Assembly: GCA_002347655.1 (NCBI GenBank)
Contig: DDWR01000024.1
Coordinates: 59,685 to 123,684 of the forward strand
DNA from: Verrucomicrobia bacterium UBA2281
GTDB taxonomy: Bacteria > Verrucomicrobiota > Kiritimatiellia > CAIQIC01 > Lenti-01
Length of the DNA: 64,000 nt
Direction: 5' to 3'
Part shown: piece by piece, positions 22,132 through 31,210 of the stretch
How positions within the stretch are numbered: position 1 is the stretch's first letter
Layout of the letters: every line of letters starts with the position of its first letter
Program-made: the position numbers and the translations under genes
Notes under the pieces: generated by a model
Told to the model about the DNA's origin: nothing
The model's database searches: none
The model's input: only the letters and a program-made list of their open reading frames with translations

Positions 22132-22160
22132 GGCCGCCTCTATGAGGCGGCCGTTTTTTA
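22132..22160 (+). terminator. intrinsic terminator closing the low-GC insert
   Basis: GGCCGCCTC-TATG-GAGGCGGCC followed by TTTTTT. Confidence 0.75.
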
Positions 22161-22261
22161 TCTCTCTGGGCAAACAGACCTTTGGATTCTAATTTAATGT
22201 TTTCATACGGAGGTATTAGCATGGTATTTGTAGTCACCTAGCCAGTCCAAGGATATTTTTC

Positions 22262-23134
22262 ATGACCATCACCGCCCAGATCGTCGCCGACAGCGTTTCG
22301 CCGCAGGGCATCCGCCTCTCCACGCTTTCGCTGAAATATCCCCGCTGGATCCACGCGGAATTCATGACGCACCGCCTGTTTTCGCGCAACGCCAGCAGCT
22401 CGCGCGCCGTGCCGTCGAAGCGCCTGCGCGCGCTGGAGCGCGAGTATCCCCTCTGGTGGGGCGCCAACATTCCCGGCATGCAGGCCGGCGGGAAGCTCTC
22501 CGACGAGCAGGGCACCAAGGCCAAGGCCATCTGGGACCGCATGGCCGACGCCTGCATCGAAGGCGTCGCCGAGCTCGCCGAGCTGGGCCTGCACAAGCAG
22601 TGGGCCAACCGCCCGCTGGAATGGTTCACGTCCATTTCCGTGCTTGTGTCGGCCACGGCGTTCGACAATTTCTTCGGCGTGCGCTGGCATCCCGACGCGC
22701 AGCCCGAAATCCAGGAACTGGCCCGGCAGATGTTTTCGGCCCTGCAGTCCGCCACGCCCCGCCCCCTGGAACCCGACCAGTGGCACCTGCCCTACGTCTC
22801 CGCCGACGAGGAAAAAGCCCTCGGTCTCGACGTCGCCCGGCGCTGCTCGGCCGCGCGCTGCGCGCGCGTGTCCTACCTCAACCACGACGGCACCACGCCC
22901 AACGTCGCCAAGGACCTCGACACGTTCGCCAAGCTGGCCGGCGATCCCAACGGCCCGCCGCACCCGCTGCACGCCTCGCCGATGGAACACCAGGCCACGC
23001 CCGACCGCCTGCGCGACGCCGCCGATGCCGAATCGTGGCAGTTCCCGGCCCAGCACGGCAATTTCCGCGGCTGGCGGCAGTATCGCAAGATGCTCTCCAA
23101 CGAGCACATCGCGAGATTCACGCCGCCCGCTTGA
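22262..23134 (+). CDS. divergent ThyX-like (flavin-dependent thymidylate synthase family) protein
   Basis: LKYPRWIHAEFMTHRLFSRNASSSRA aligns with the ThyX RHRx7SxRY motif ([27 protein letters not shown]) but has T for the first R and A for Y. The C-terminal GNFRGWRQYRKMLSNEH matches ThyX NYRAWRHFIAMRASEH. A middle segment FFGVRWHPDAQPEIQELA also resembles that motif. Confidence 0.65.
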   Translation: MTITAQIVADSVSPQGIRLSTLSLKYPRWIHAEFMTHRLFSRNASSSRAVPSKRLRALEREYPLWWGANIPGMQAGGKLSDEQGTKAKAIWDRMADACIEGVAELAELGLHKQWANRPLEWFTSISVLVSATAFDNFFGVRWHPDAQPEIQELARQMFSALQSATPRPLEPDQWHLPYVSADEEKALGLDVARRCSAARCARVSYLNHDGTTPNVAKDLDTFAKLAGDPNGPPHPLHASPMEHQATPDRLRDAADAESWQFPAQHGNFRGWRQYRKMLSNEHIARFTPPA

Positions 23135-23149
23135 CGAATGGTTTTCCGG

Positions 23150-23225
23150 CGGGCCCCACGGTCTTGTGCCGTGGGGGAGCAAACTTTGCCTCCCACGGGA
23201 CAAGCCCGTGGGGGGGCTAAGATCC
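23150..23225. repeat. pair of REP-like hairpins (CCCACGG-N6-7-CCGTGGG)
   Basis: cccacggtcttgtgccgtggg and cccacgggacaagcccgtggg between the ThyX-like and RNR-like genes. Confidence 0.5.
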
Positions 23226-23311
23226 AATCGGGCCAAACTTCCGCTTTCCTCTCCCCTCCTTTTGACCTAGAATCCGCCCGAATTTTGCACCGCGTTTTTC
23301 CGGAGAACACC

Positions 23312-25297
23312 ATGCCCGAAACCTACCAGCCGTCGCTCCGCGCCCAGATCCTCACCCGCCGCACCTACAACCGCGTCCTCGACGACAAAGGCACCGTCTT
23401 CGAGACCTGGGCGCAGACCGTGGATCGCGTCATCGAACACCAGCGCTGGCTGTGGAAGCGCCAGATGCGCCGCGCGCTCAACAAGACGCAGGAAGCGGAA
23501 CTTGAAGAGCTCCGCGGCCTGCTCCTCGCCCGCAAGGTCGGCGTCGCCGGCCGCACGCTGTGGCTCGGCGGCACCGAAATCTCGAAGGTCCGCGAAGCCT
23601 GCCAGTTCAATTGCGCCCATCTCGAAATCCAGACCGTCGACGACATGGTGGACGCGCTCTGGCTCCTGCTGCAGGGCTGCGGCGTGGGCGTCACGCCGAA
23701 ATCCGGCGGCATCAGCGGCTTCACCCAGCCGATCCTCGACATCCAGATCGTCCGCTCCACGCGCCAGGACAAGAACGGGCGCGATGGCAACTTGGAAACC
23801 TGGGATCCCGAAACCAAGGTCTGGACCATCAGCGTCGGCGATTCTGCCGAAGCCTGGGCGAAGTCCGTCGGCAAGCTGCTCGCCGGCAAGTACGCGGCCG
23901 ACAAGCTGATCCTCGATTTCTCGGAAATCCGCCCCGCCGGCACGCGCCTCACCGGCTACGGCTGGATCGGCCAAGGCGACGAGACGATCTCCGTGGCCTA
24001 CCGGGCCATCGCCGAAATCATGAACCGCCGCGCGGGCCAGCTTCTGCGCAAGATGGACATCCACGACGTCTGCAACTGGCTGGGCACGATCCTCAGCACG
24101 CGCCGCTCGGCGGAAATCAGCCTGTTCGAATACGGCTCCCCCGAATGGCAGGAATTCGCCGTCTGCAAGAAGGACTACTGGAGCAAAGGCCAGCCCCAGC
24201 GCGGCATGTCCAACAATTCGCTCGTTTTCTACGACAAGCCCACGCGCGCGGAATTGCGCGGCCTCTTCGACCTCATGCTCGCCGCGGGCGGCTCGGAGCC
24301 CGGCTTCATCAACGGCGCGGCGGCGCTCAACCGCGCGCCGTGGTTCTCCGGCGTCAATCCCTGCGCCGAAATCCTGCTGGGCAACCGCGCGTTCTGCAAC
24401 CTGACGACGATCGATCTCGCCAAGTTCAAGGACAACCCCAGCGGCATGCACCGCGCCATTTCCGTCATCGCGCGCGCCAACTACCGCCAGACCTGCGTCA
24501 ACCTCAAGGACGGCATCCTCCAGCACTCCTGGCACGAGAACAACGACTTCCTGCACCTCTGCGGCGTATCGCTCACCGGCGTCGTGCGCCGGCCGGATCT
24601 CGGCCCCTACGAGCTGCGCCTGCTGCGCAACGCGGCCATCATGGGCGCCTATTCCATGGCCGACGAACTCGGCCTGCCGCGGCCCAAGAACGTCACCACC
24701 CTCAAGCCCGAGGGTACCATCTCGAAGTGCTACGACACGACGGAAGGCGCCCACAAGCCGCTCGCGCGCCACGTTTTCAACAACGTCACCTTCGTCAAGC
24801 ACGACCCGCTCGTGCCCGTCCTGCGCGAGGCCGGCTACAAGATCATGCCCCACCCCAACGGCACCGGCGACTGGGTCATCACGCTGCCCGTGGCGTGGGA
24901 CGACGTGGATTTCGAGAAGGTCGGCGACCTCGAAGTGAACGAAGAATCCGCCATCGACCAGCTCGAGCGGTACAAGCTTCTGATGGACAACTACGTCGAG
25001 CAGAACTGCTCGATCACCGTCAGCTACGATCCCTCGGAAGTGGACGCCATCGTGGAGTGGCTGCTGCAATATTGGGACCACTACGTCGGCGTGTCGTTCC
25101 TGCTGCGCGCCGATCCGCTGAAGACCGCCGCGGATCTCGGCTTCCCCTACCTGCCGCAACAGCCCGTCTCCAAGGCCGAATACGACGCCTACGTCGCCAG
25201 CCTCAAGCCCATCGATCTCGAGCGGGTCAAGGCCCAGTCCGAGGACGCCGTGGACATGGGCAACGAATGCGCCGGCGGCGCCTGTCCCGTCCGCTGA
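23312..25297 (+). CDS. divergent class II (B12-type) ribonucleotide reductase-like protein
   Basis: ATG at 23312 inside track ORF 23138..25297; the RNR active-site block VNPCAEILLGNRAFCNLTTIDL corresponds to NPCGEIxL...CNLGSINL; loop QGCGVGVTPKSGG corresponds to GGGVGxxxSxLRPKG; NrdJ-like N-terminus (LRAQILTRRTYNRVLDDKGTVFETWAQTVDRV); C-terminal Cys pair ECAGGACPVR; 661 aa. Confidence 0.7.
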   Translation: MPETYQPSLRAQILTRRTYNRVLDDKGTVFETWAQTVDRVIEHQRWLWKRQMRRALNKTQEAELEELRGLLLARKVGVAGRTLWLGGTEISKVREACQFNCAHLEIQTVDDMVDALWLLLQGCGVGVTPKSGGISGFTQPILDIQIVRSTRQDKNGRDGNLETWDPETKVWTISVGDSAEAWAKSVGKLLAGKYAADKLILDFSEIRPAGTRLTGYGWIGQGDETISVAYRAIAEIMNRRAGQLLRKMDIHDVCNWLGTILSTRRSAEISLFEYGSPEWQEFAVCKKDYWSKGQPQRGMSNNSLVFYDKPTRAELRGLFDLMLAAGGSEPGFINGAAALNRAPWFSGVNPCAEILLGNRAFCNLTTIDLAKFKDNPSGMHRAISVIARANYRQTCVNLKDGILQHSWHENNDFLHLCGVSLTGVVRRPDLGPYELRLLRNAAIMGAYSMADELGLPRPKNVTTLKPEGTISKCYDTTEGAHKPLARHVFNNVTFVKHDPLVPVLREAGYKIMPHPNGTGDWVITLPVAWDDVDFEKVGDLEVNEESAIDQLERYKLLMDNYVEQNCSITVSYDPSEVDAIVEWLLQYWDHYVGVSFLLRADPLKTAADLGFPYLPQQPVSKAEYDAYVASLKPIDLERVKAQSEDAVDMGNECAGGACPVR

Positions 25298-25301
25298 CCG
25301 C

Positions 25302-25919
25302 ATGAAGCGCCTCGCTCTCGCCGCAGTGCTCGTCCTGGCCGCCGCGTCCGGCGCGCGGGCCGACGGCGGCGTGCTGGCGGCCACCGCCGCCTCGACCCTC
25401 GGGGCGCGCGCCGCCAGCGGCTTCGTCAACGTCCCCTACGCCGGGCTCGGCGTCTTCGCCTCCCGCTGGGATAGCCAGGACTACGGCACGCTGACCGGCT
25501 ACGGCGTCCGGCTTGGCTGGAACGTGATCGAGCACCTCGGCCTCGAAGCCCGCGCGTCCTACTACGAATCCAAGGACGACGAAATCGAGACCACCGTCCT
25601 GCCTCTCGAAGCCGCCCTCGTCCTGCGCCTGCCGTTCCACCGCCGCTTCGTCCCCTACGTCGGCGGCGGCGCCGGCTATTATTTCAAGGACGCCGAATAC
25701 GAAGACGATACCGACACGTGGGAATCGTCGGAGGAAGTCGCCGGCTACTTCGGGATGGCCGGCCTCAATTTCTACCTCGGCGCCTTCTCTCTCTTCGCCG
25801 AGGCCAAGTACAACCTCGTCGGCACCGACGACGATCTCGAATGGCGCGGCGACGACGTCGAAGCGAAAAACTCCCTCGACGGCTTCTCCTTCTCCGCCGG
25901 ATTCAAGCTCGGGTTCTGA
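25302..25919 (+). CDS. outer-membrane beta-barrel protein (OmpA-like beta-barrel domain family)
   Basis: Signal peptide MKRLALAAVLVLAAASGARA, alternating amphipathic beta-strands, C-terminal ...SAGFKLGF; paralogous to the next gene. Confidence 0.7.
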   Translation: MKRLALAAVLVLAAASGARADGGVLAATAASTLGARAASGFVNVPYAGLGVFASRWDSQDYGTLTGYGVRLGWNVIEHLGLEARASYYESKDDEIETTVLPLEAALVLRLPFHRRFVPYVGGGAGYYFKDAEYEDDTDTWESSEEVAGYFGMAGLNFYLGAFSLFAEAKYNLVGTDDDLEWRGDDVEAKNSLDGFSFSAGFKLGF

Positions 25920-25999
25920 TTCCGTATTTTCCGGCTTGCCTCCCCGGTCGCCCCGGCCCATGCTTGGATCGGGTTTTCCCACAACCAAAGGAGCGCACC

Positions 26000-26584
26000 A
26001 TGAAAAAAACGATCGTTGGAATTCTGTTGGTTCTCGTTCTCGCGCCTCTGGCCTTCGCGGCCGGCGACGGAGCCGGCGGCTTGGGTGTTTTCGGTTCCTG
26101 GTGGGACAGCAAGGATTACGGCGCGCTCTACGGCGGCGGCGTCCGCTTCGGCGCCGAGATCTTCAGCGGCCTCGCCCTCGAAGCCCGCGTCTCCTACCTG
26201 GTCTCCGAAGACCGGGACGAGGTCGTCGAAGGCCGCAACGTCTCGACCGAACTGGAACTCGTGCCCCTTGAAGCGGCCGTCACCTGGACGCTCGACGTCA
26301 GCGAATCCATCAAGCCCTACGTCGGCGCAGGCGCGGGCTACTACCTGAAGAACGTCGATTGGAAAGCCGACGACGTGATCGACGAGGCCGACGACAAGGA
26401 CAGCGTCGGCTACTTCGCCCTCGCCGGCGCCAACGTCCTCCTCGGCCCCGTCGTGCTCTTCGCCGAAGCCAAATACAACATCATCCAGGACGACGACGAG
26501 TGGCGCTGGCAAGGCAGCGACACCAAGCAGAAAAACTCCCTCGACGGCTTCGCCGCCAACGTCGGCCTGAAACTCGCGTTCTAG
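26000..26584 (+). CDS. outer-membrane beta-barrel protein, paralog of the upstream gene
   Basis: ATG at 26000 with AAAGGAG RBS; signal peptide MKKTIVGILLVLVLAPLAFA; ends ...ANVGLKLAF; about 40% identical by eye to 25302..25919. Confidence 0.7.
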   Translation: MKKTIVGILLVLVLAPLAFAAGDGAGGLGVFGSWWDSKDYGALYGGGVRFGAEIFSGLALEARVSYLVSEDRDEVVEGRNVSTELELVPLEAAVTWTLDVSESIKPYVGAGAGYYLKNVDWKADDVIDEADDKDSVGYFALAGANVLLGPVVLFAEAKYNIIQDDDEWRWQGSDTKQKNSLDGFAANVGLKLAF

Positions 26585-26614
26585 CGCGCGTTGCGCTGAC
26601 GCTCGGGCTCTAGG

Positions 26615-26720
26615 CCCCCCGCGGCCTTGTGCCGTGGGCCTGCCCACCGTAGCCTTGGCGAAGGTGGGAGGCCAAGTCGGCCCCCCACGGCGCAAGGCCG
26701 TGGGGCCCGCTTTGGCAAAC
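26615..26720. repeat. complex REP-like palindromic element
   Basis: Two inverted copies of GGCCTTGYGCCGTGGG flanking a cccacc...ggtggg core. Confidence 0.45.
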
Positions 26721-26860
26721 ACCACGCCCCGTTAAAGCGTTTCGTCGCGGCGGCCGGCCCCGGTCCGGTTTTTCCTCGCTTCGACCCGTGAAATTGCGCT
26801 AAGAATAGAAGTTCGGCGGGCGGACGATACCGCCTTGCCGATTCAGGAGATGCACCACAG

Positions 26861-28399
26861 ATGAATACCCTCGGCCGCGTCAAGCAAGGCTTCTACTTCG
26901 ATTCCGTCACCCTCATGCGCGTCGGCCGCGAACTGTCCGGCTTCCCCGGCGTCGCCGAGGCTTCCGTCGTCATGGCCACCGAGGCCAACAAGTCCATCCT
27001 CGCGATGTCGGACCTGCTGCTGCCCGAATTCAAGAAGTGCGGCGACCAGGACCTGGCGATCGTCGTGCGCGCCAAGGACGCCAAGACCGCCAACGAGGCC
27101 CTGGCCAAGGCCGAGGAGATGCTTTCCCGCAAGAGGAAGCCCGCCGCCGGCGGCGCCGCGGAAGCCCCCGCACCGCGCGACCTCGCTTCCGCCGCCGCCG
27201 CCCTCCCCGGCGCGAACCTCGCCCTGATTTCCGTCGCCGGCCGCTACGCCGCGCGCGAAGCCCGGCGAGCCCTCGACCTCGGGCTCAACGTCATGCTCTT
27301 TTCCGACAACGTTTCCATCGCGGACGAAGTCGCCCTGAAAAAACTCGCCCACAAGAAGGGCCTGCTCGTCATGGGCCCCGACTGCGGGACCGCCATCCTC
27401 AACGGCGTGCCGCTGGCTTTCGCCAACGTCGTGCCCAAGGGGTCCATCGGCATCGTCGGCGCCTCCGGCACCGGCACGCAGGAGGTCACCTGCATCATCG
27501 CCAACGAGGGCTCCGGCGTGTCGCAGGCCATCGGCACCGGCGGGCGCGACGTCAAGGACGCCGTCGGCGGCATCGCGTTCCTCGACGCCATGCAGGCGCT
27601 GGCCGACGATCGGGAAACCAAGGTCATCCTCCTCGTCTCCAAACCGCCCCAGCCCGGCGTCCTCAAGAAGATCTACACCCTCATCCGCAAAATCAACAAG
27701 CCCGTCGTATCCCTGTTCCTCGGCGAGGACGGCACCCCGGCCACGCTCGAACAGGCCGCGCTCCTCGCCGTCGCCCACGCCAAGGGCGAAGATCCCGTGA
27801 AGGCGCTCGCCCATCTGACCCGCCGCGACGAGATCCTCGCGGCCGAAGCCCGCCAGATCGTCGCCAAGCGGAAGAAACCCAAAGGCCGCCATCTCCGCGG
27901 CCTCTTCAGCGGCGGCACCTTCTGCGCCGAGGCCCAGGTCGTCCTCGACGGCCTGATCCGCAACGTCTATTCCAACGCTCCCCTCGGCGATTCCCACAAG
28001 CTCAAGAACGCCTGGAAGCCCGAAAAGAACGCCGTCGTCGATCTCGGCGAGGACGAATTCACCGTCGGCCGCGCCCATCCGATGATCGATTTCACGCTGC
28101 GCAACAAGATGATCCTCGAGCAGGCCGCCGCCCCCGACGTCGCCGTGATTCTCCTCGACGTCGTCCTCGGCTACGGCGCCAATCTCGACCCCGCCGGCGA
28201 ACTGGTTCCCGCGATCAAGCAGGCGGCGAAGAAGGTCTTCGTCGTCGCGGGCGTCAACGGGACCATCGGCGATCCCCAGAACCGCGCCCAGGTCGTCGAA
28301 GCCCTCCGCGAAGCCGGCGCCCACGTCCAGCTCACCAACGCCGCCGCCTGCAAGCTCGCCGGCCTGATCGCCGCCGAGGTGGCCCGCAAGAACCGCTGA
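26861..28399 (+). CDS. FdrA-family protein (CoA-binding / succinyl-CoA-synthetase-alpha-like; AllF-like)
   Basis: MNTLGRVKQGFYFDSVTLMRVGREL...; CoA-binding and ligase-CoA domain sequence; 512 aa, typical FdrA architecture. Confidence 0.8.
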   Translation: MNTLGRVKQGFYFDSVTLMRVGRELSGFPGVAEASVVMATEANKSILAMSDLLLPEFKKCGDQDLAIVVRAKDAKTANEALAKAEEMLSRKRKPAAGGAAEAPAPRDLASAAAALPGANLALISVAGRYAAREARRALDLGLNVMLFSDNVSIADEVALKKLAHKKGLLVMGPDCGTAILNGVPLAFANVVPKGSIGIVGASGTGTQEVTCIIANEGSGVSQAIGTGGRDVKDAVGGIAFLDAMQALADDRETKVILLVSKPPQPGVLKKIYTLIRKINKPVVSLFLGEDGTPATLEQAALLAVAHAKGEDPVKALAHLTRRDEILAAEARQIVAKRKKPKGRHLRGLFSGGTFCAEAQVVLDGLIRNVYSNAPLGDSHKLKNAWKPEKNAVVDLGEDEFTVGRAHPMIDFTLRNKMILEQAAAPDVAVILLDVVLGYGANLDPAGELVPAIKQAAKKVFVVAGVNGTIGDPQNRAQVVEALREAGAHVQLTNAAACKLAGLIAAEVARKNR

Positions 28400-28416
28400 T
28401 CGCAAAGGAATCCGCC

Positions 28417-29820
28417 ATGAGCATCCAGAAACTCTTCTCCGCCCCCCTCCAGGTCGTCAACGTCGGCATCGAATCCTTCAAGGAAGCTTGCGAAAAGAAC
28501 GGCGCCCCGGCCGTCCAGGTCGATTGGCGCCCCCCCGTCGAGGTCGCGCCGGAATCCGAAGCCATCTTGGCCAAGCGCGCCGCGAAGATCGAGAAGGCCA
28601 ACCAGAAGGTCATGGAGATCATCCTGGCCGGCACGCCCAAGCTCGTCGGGCTCGACGTCGCCCGCAACGTGATCCCGGGCATGACCGAGGACACCATCCT
28701 GCACGCCGGTCCGCCGATCACCTGGGACCGCATGTGCGGCCCGATGCGCGGCGGCGTCATGGCCGGCCTCGTCTACGAAGGCCGCGCCAAGACGATCGAG
28801 GAAGCCGAAAAACTCGCTTCCTCCGGCAAAATCAAATACGCCCCCTGCCACGAGCATGGCGCCGTCGGGCCCATGGCCGGCATCGTCACGCCGTCCATGC
28901 CCGTTTGGATCGTCAAGAACGAGAAATACGGCAACATCGCTTTCTGCACCCTCAATGAAGGCCTCGGCAAAGTCCTGCGCTACGGCGCGTTCGGCGACGA
29001 AGTCACCCAGCGCCTCAAGTGGATGGAAACCGTCCTCTATCCCGTCCTCAAGGCCGCCGTCGCGCACTCCGGGCCCATCGACCTGAAGAACCTGATCGCC
29101 CAGGCCCTGCACATGGGCGACGAAGTCCACAACCGCAACCGCGCCGGCACCTCGCTGCTCTACCGCGCCCTCGCCCCCGCCATCGTCGCCACCTGCGACA
29201 ACAAGGACGACGCCGTCGCCGTGCTCAACTTCATCAACGGCAACGATCACTTCTTCCTGAACCTCTCCATGCCCGTCTGCAAGGCCACGCTCGACGCCGC
29301 CCGCAACGTCAAAGGCAGCTCCATCGCCGTCGTCATGGCCCGCAACGGCACCGATTTCGGCGTCCAGCTCGCCGGCACGGGCGACCTGTGGTTCACGGCT
29401 CCCGCCGAAGTGCCCGACGCGCTGTATTTCGCCGGCTTCACCAAGGCCGACGCCAATCCCGACATCGGCGACAGCGCCATCACGGAGACCGGCGGCCTCG
29501 GCGGCTTCGCCATCGCCGCCGCCCCCGCCATCGTGCAGTTCGTCGGCGGCTCCGCCGCCGACGCGGTGCGCTACACCCACCAGATGTACGAGATCACCGC
29601 CGGCGAAAGCCGCATGTACCAGATCCCCGCCCTCGATTTCCGCGGCACCCCCACCGGCATCGACGTCCGCAAGGTCGTCGAGAAGAACCTCGTCCCCGTC
29701 ATCGACACCGGCGTCGCCCACAAGCAGGCCGGCGTCGGCCAGGTCGGCGCCGGCATCGTCTCCGCCCCCATGGGACCTTTCGCCAAGGCCTACGACGCAT
29801 TGGCCAAGATCCTGAAGTAG
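28417..29820 (+). CDS. DUF1116-family protein (YlbE/AllG-like)
   Basis: In-frame ATG at 28417 (MSIQKLFSAPLQVVNVGIESF...), 467 aa, inside spurious track ORF 27037..29820; the fdrA-DUF1116 adjacency matches E. coli fdrA-ylbE. Confidence 0.75.
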   Translation: MSIQKLFSAPLQVVNVGIESFKEACEKNGAPAVQVDWRPPVEVAPESEAILAKRAAKIEKANQKVMEIILAGTPKLVGLDVARNVIPGMTEDTILHAGPPITWDRMCGPMRGGVMAGLVYEGRAKTIEEAEKLASSGKIKYAPCHEHGAVGPMAGIVTPSMPVWIVKNEKYGNIAFCTLNEGLGKVLRYGAFGDEVTQRLKWMETVLYPVLKAAVAHSGPIDLKNLIAQALHMGDEVHNRNRAGTSLLYRALAPAIVATCDNKDDAVAVLNFINGNDHFFLNLSMPVCKATLDAARNVKGSSIAVVMARNGTDFGVQLAGTGDLWFTAPAEVPDALYFAGFTKADANPDIGDSAITETGGLGGFAIAAAPAIVQFVGGSAADAVRYTHQMYEITAGESRMYQIPALDFRGTPTGIDVRKVVEKNLVPVIDTGVAHKQAGVGQVGAGIVSAPMGPFAKAYDALAKILK

Positions 29821-29853
29821 GAGTCAGGGTTCAGAGTTCAGGGTTCAGGCAAG

Positions 29854-30312
29854 ATGGGCGAGTTTCGGAAATTGGAGGATCTGATCGTCTACCAGAAGCT
29901 CTGCCAGCTCCATATCGAGATCTCGGGCATATCCCATCGCTGGCCGGCCGAGGAAAAATTCGAGTTGGGAGCGCAAATCCGGCGTTCCTCGAACAGCGCG
30001 GCCGCCCAGTTGGCCGAAAAGTACGATGATCGCCATATTCGCAACAAAATCGAGGGGATCAACCGCAGCCGCGGCGAGGCCGCAGAGTCCGTCCATCATC
30101 TGTTCATGGCCCATTTGAAAAGATACGAAACCCTTGAAACGTACGAATCATACCGTTTGCGCTATCAGGAATGCATCCGTATGCTGAACGGCATGGAACG
30201 AACTTTGGGAAAACAGCTTCCCGAAGCCGCTCGCCGCTGGCCGGCCGTGCAGGAGCAACCCGGCGATTACAGCGCCGTCGGCTTTCCGGACCCCTCTTCA
30301 ACTGAACCCTGA
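29854..30312 (+). CDS. four-helix-bundle protein (23S rRNA intervening-sequence protein family)
   Basis: 152 aa, MGEFRKLEDLIVYQKLCQLHIEISGISHRWPAEEKFELGAQIRRSSNSAAAQLAE..., typical of this family. The gene is flanked by inverted blocks of GGGTTCAG repeats at 29821-29853 and 30296-30340. Confidence 0.75.
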   Translation: MGEFRKLEDLIVYQKLCQLHIEISGISHRWPAEEKFELGAQIRRSSNSAAAQLAEKYDDRHIRNKIEGINRSRGEAAESVHHLFMAHLKRYETLETYESYRLRYQECIRMLNGMERTLGKQLPEAARRWPAVQEQPGDYSAVGFPDPSSTEP

Positions 30313-30358
30313 ACCCCGAACCCTGACCCCTATTGAAAAAAAGAAAGGACCCTCCAAA

Positions 30359-31210
30359 ATGAACAACAACCAATTCATCGACTTCCTGGACAACGCGCAG
30401 ATGTTCGATCTGACGATGCGCCTCAGCGTGCACACGCCGCCGTGGCCGTCGTACATGCCGCTGGGCATCCAGTACTTCAAGCGCCTCGCCGGCGCGCACA
30501 TGGGCCAGGGCGCCAACGGGCAGATCATCACCACCTCCAACCACGTCGGCACGCACATGGACGGCGAGATCCACTTCTATCCCGCCGGCCGCTCGATCGG
30601 CAACGTGCCCCTGCGCGAGTGGGTCGGCCCCGGCGTCGTCGTAGACATCTCCAAGGACGTCTCCGACTACTCGCTCTACACCCCCAAGATGATCACCGAC
30701 AAGGTCGAGGTGAAGAAGGGCGACATCCTGATCATCAACACCGGCTACCACCGCTATTCCTGGGACCAGAAGACCGGCGATGAAATCCGCTACTTCGTCA
30801 TGCACCCCGGCCCGAGCCCGGACTTCGACGACTGGTGCGAGAAGATGCAGATCAAGTGGATCGGCGTGGACTGCGGCAGCGCAGACCACCCCATGAACAC
30901 GATCATCCGCACCTGGCATCCGGGCCGCTTCCAGGAATGCGACGCCAAGATGAAGAAGATCTACGGCAAGTCCTTCGACGAGATCTTCCCGCTCAAGAAG
31001 TACTACCAGGTCATGCACCTCAAGCTCTTCCCCAAGGGCATCGTGCACGCCGAAAACATCGCGGGCGACATCGCCAAGCTCGGCAGCACCCGCTGCTGGA
31101 TCGGCTGCTTCCCGCTGCGCGGCATCGAGCTGGAATCCAGCATGTGCCGCATCGTCGCCTGGCTGCCGCCCAAGGCCAAGAAGGCCGCCAAGAAGGCCAA
31201 GAAGAAGTAG
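30359..31210 (+). CDS. putative cyclase family protein (kynurenine formamidase-like metal hydrolase)
   Basis: HxGTHxDxPxH motif NHVGTHMDGEIHF; 283 aa; Lys-rich tail. Confidence 0.75.
   Translation: MNNNQFIDFLDNAQMFDLTMRLSVHTPPWPSYMPLGIQYFKRLAGAHMGQGANGQIITTSNHVGTHMDGEIHFYPAGRSIGNVPLREWVGPGVVVDISKDVSDYSLYTPKMITDKVEVKKGDILIINTGYHRYSWDQKTGDEIRYFVMHPGPSPDFDDWCEKMQIKWIGVDCGSADHPMNTIIRTWHPGRFQECDAKMKKIYGKSFDEIFPLKKYYQVMHLKLFPKGIVHAENIAGDIAKLGSTRCWIGCFPLRGIELESSMCRIVAWLPPKAKKAAKKAKKK

Noticed and set aside
26585-26860. Possible small ORFs or ncRNA upstream of fdrA
   Set aside because: The region is dominated by the REP-like palindrome (26615-26720). It has no promoter/terminator pairing or coding signal.
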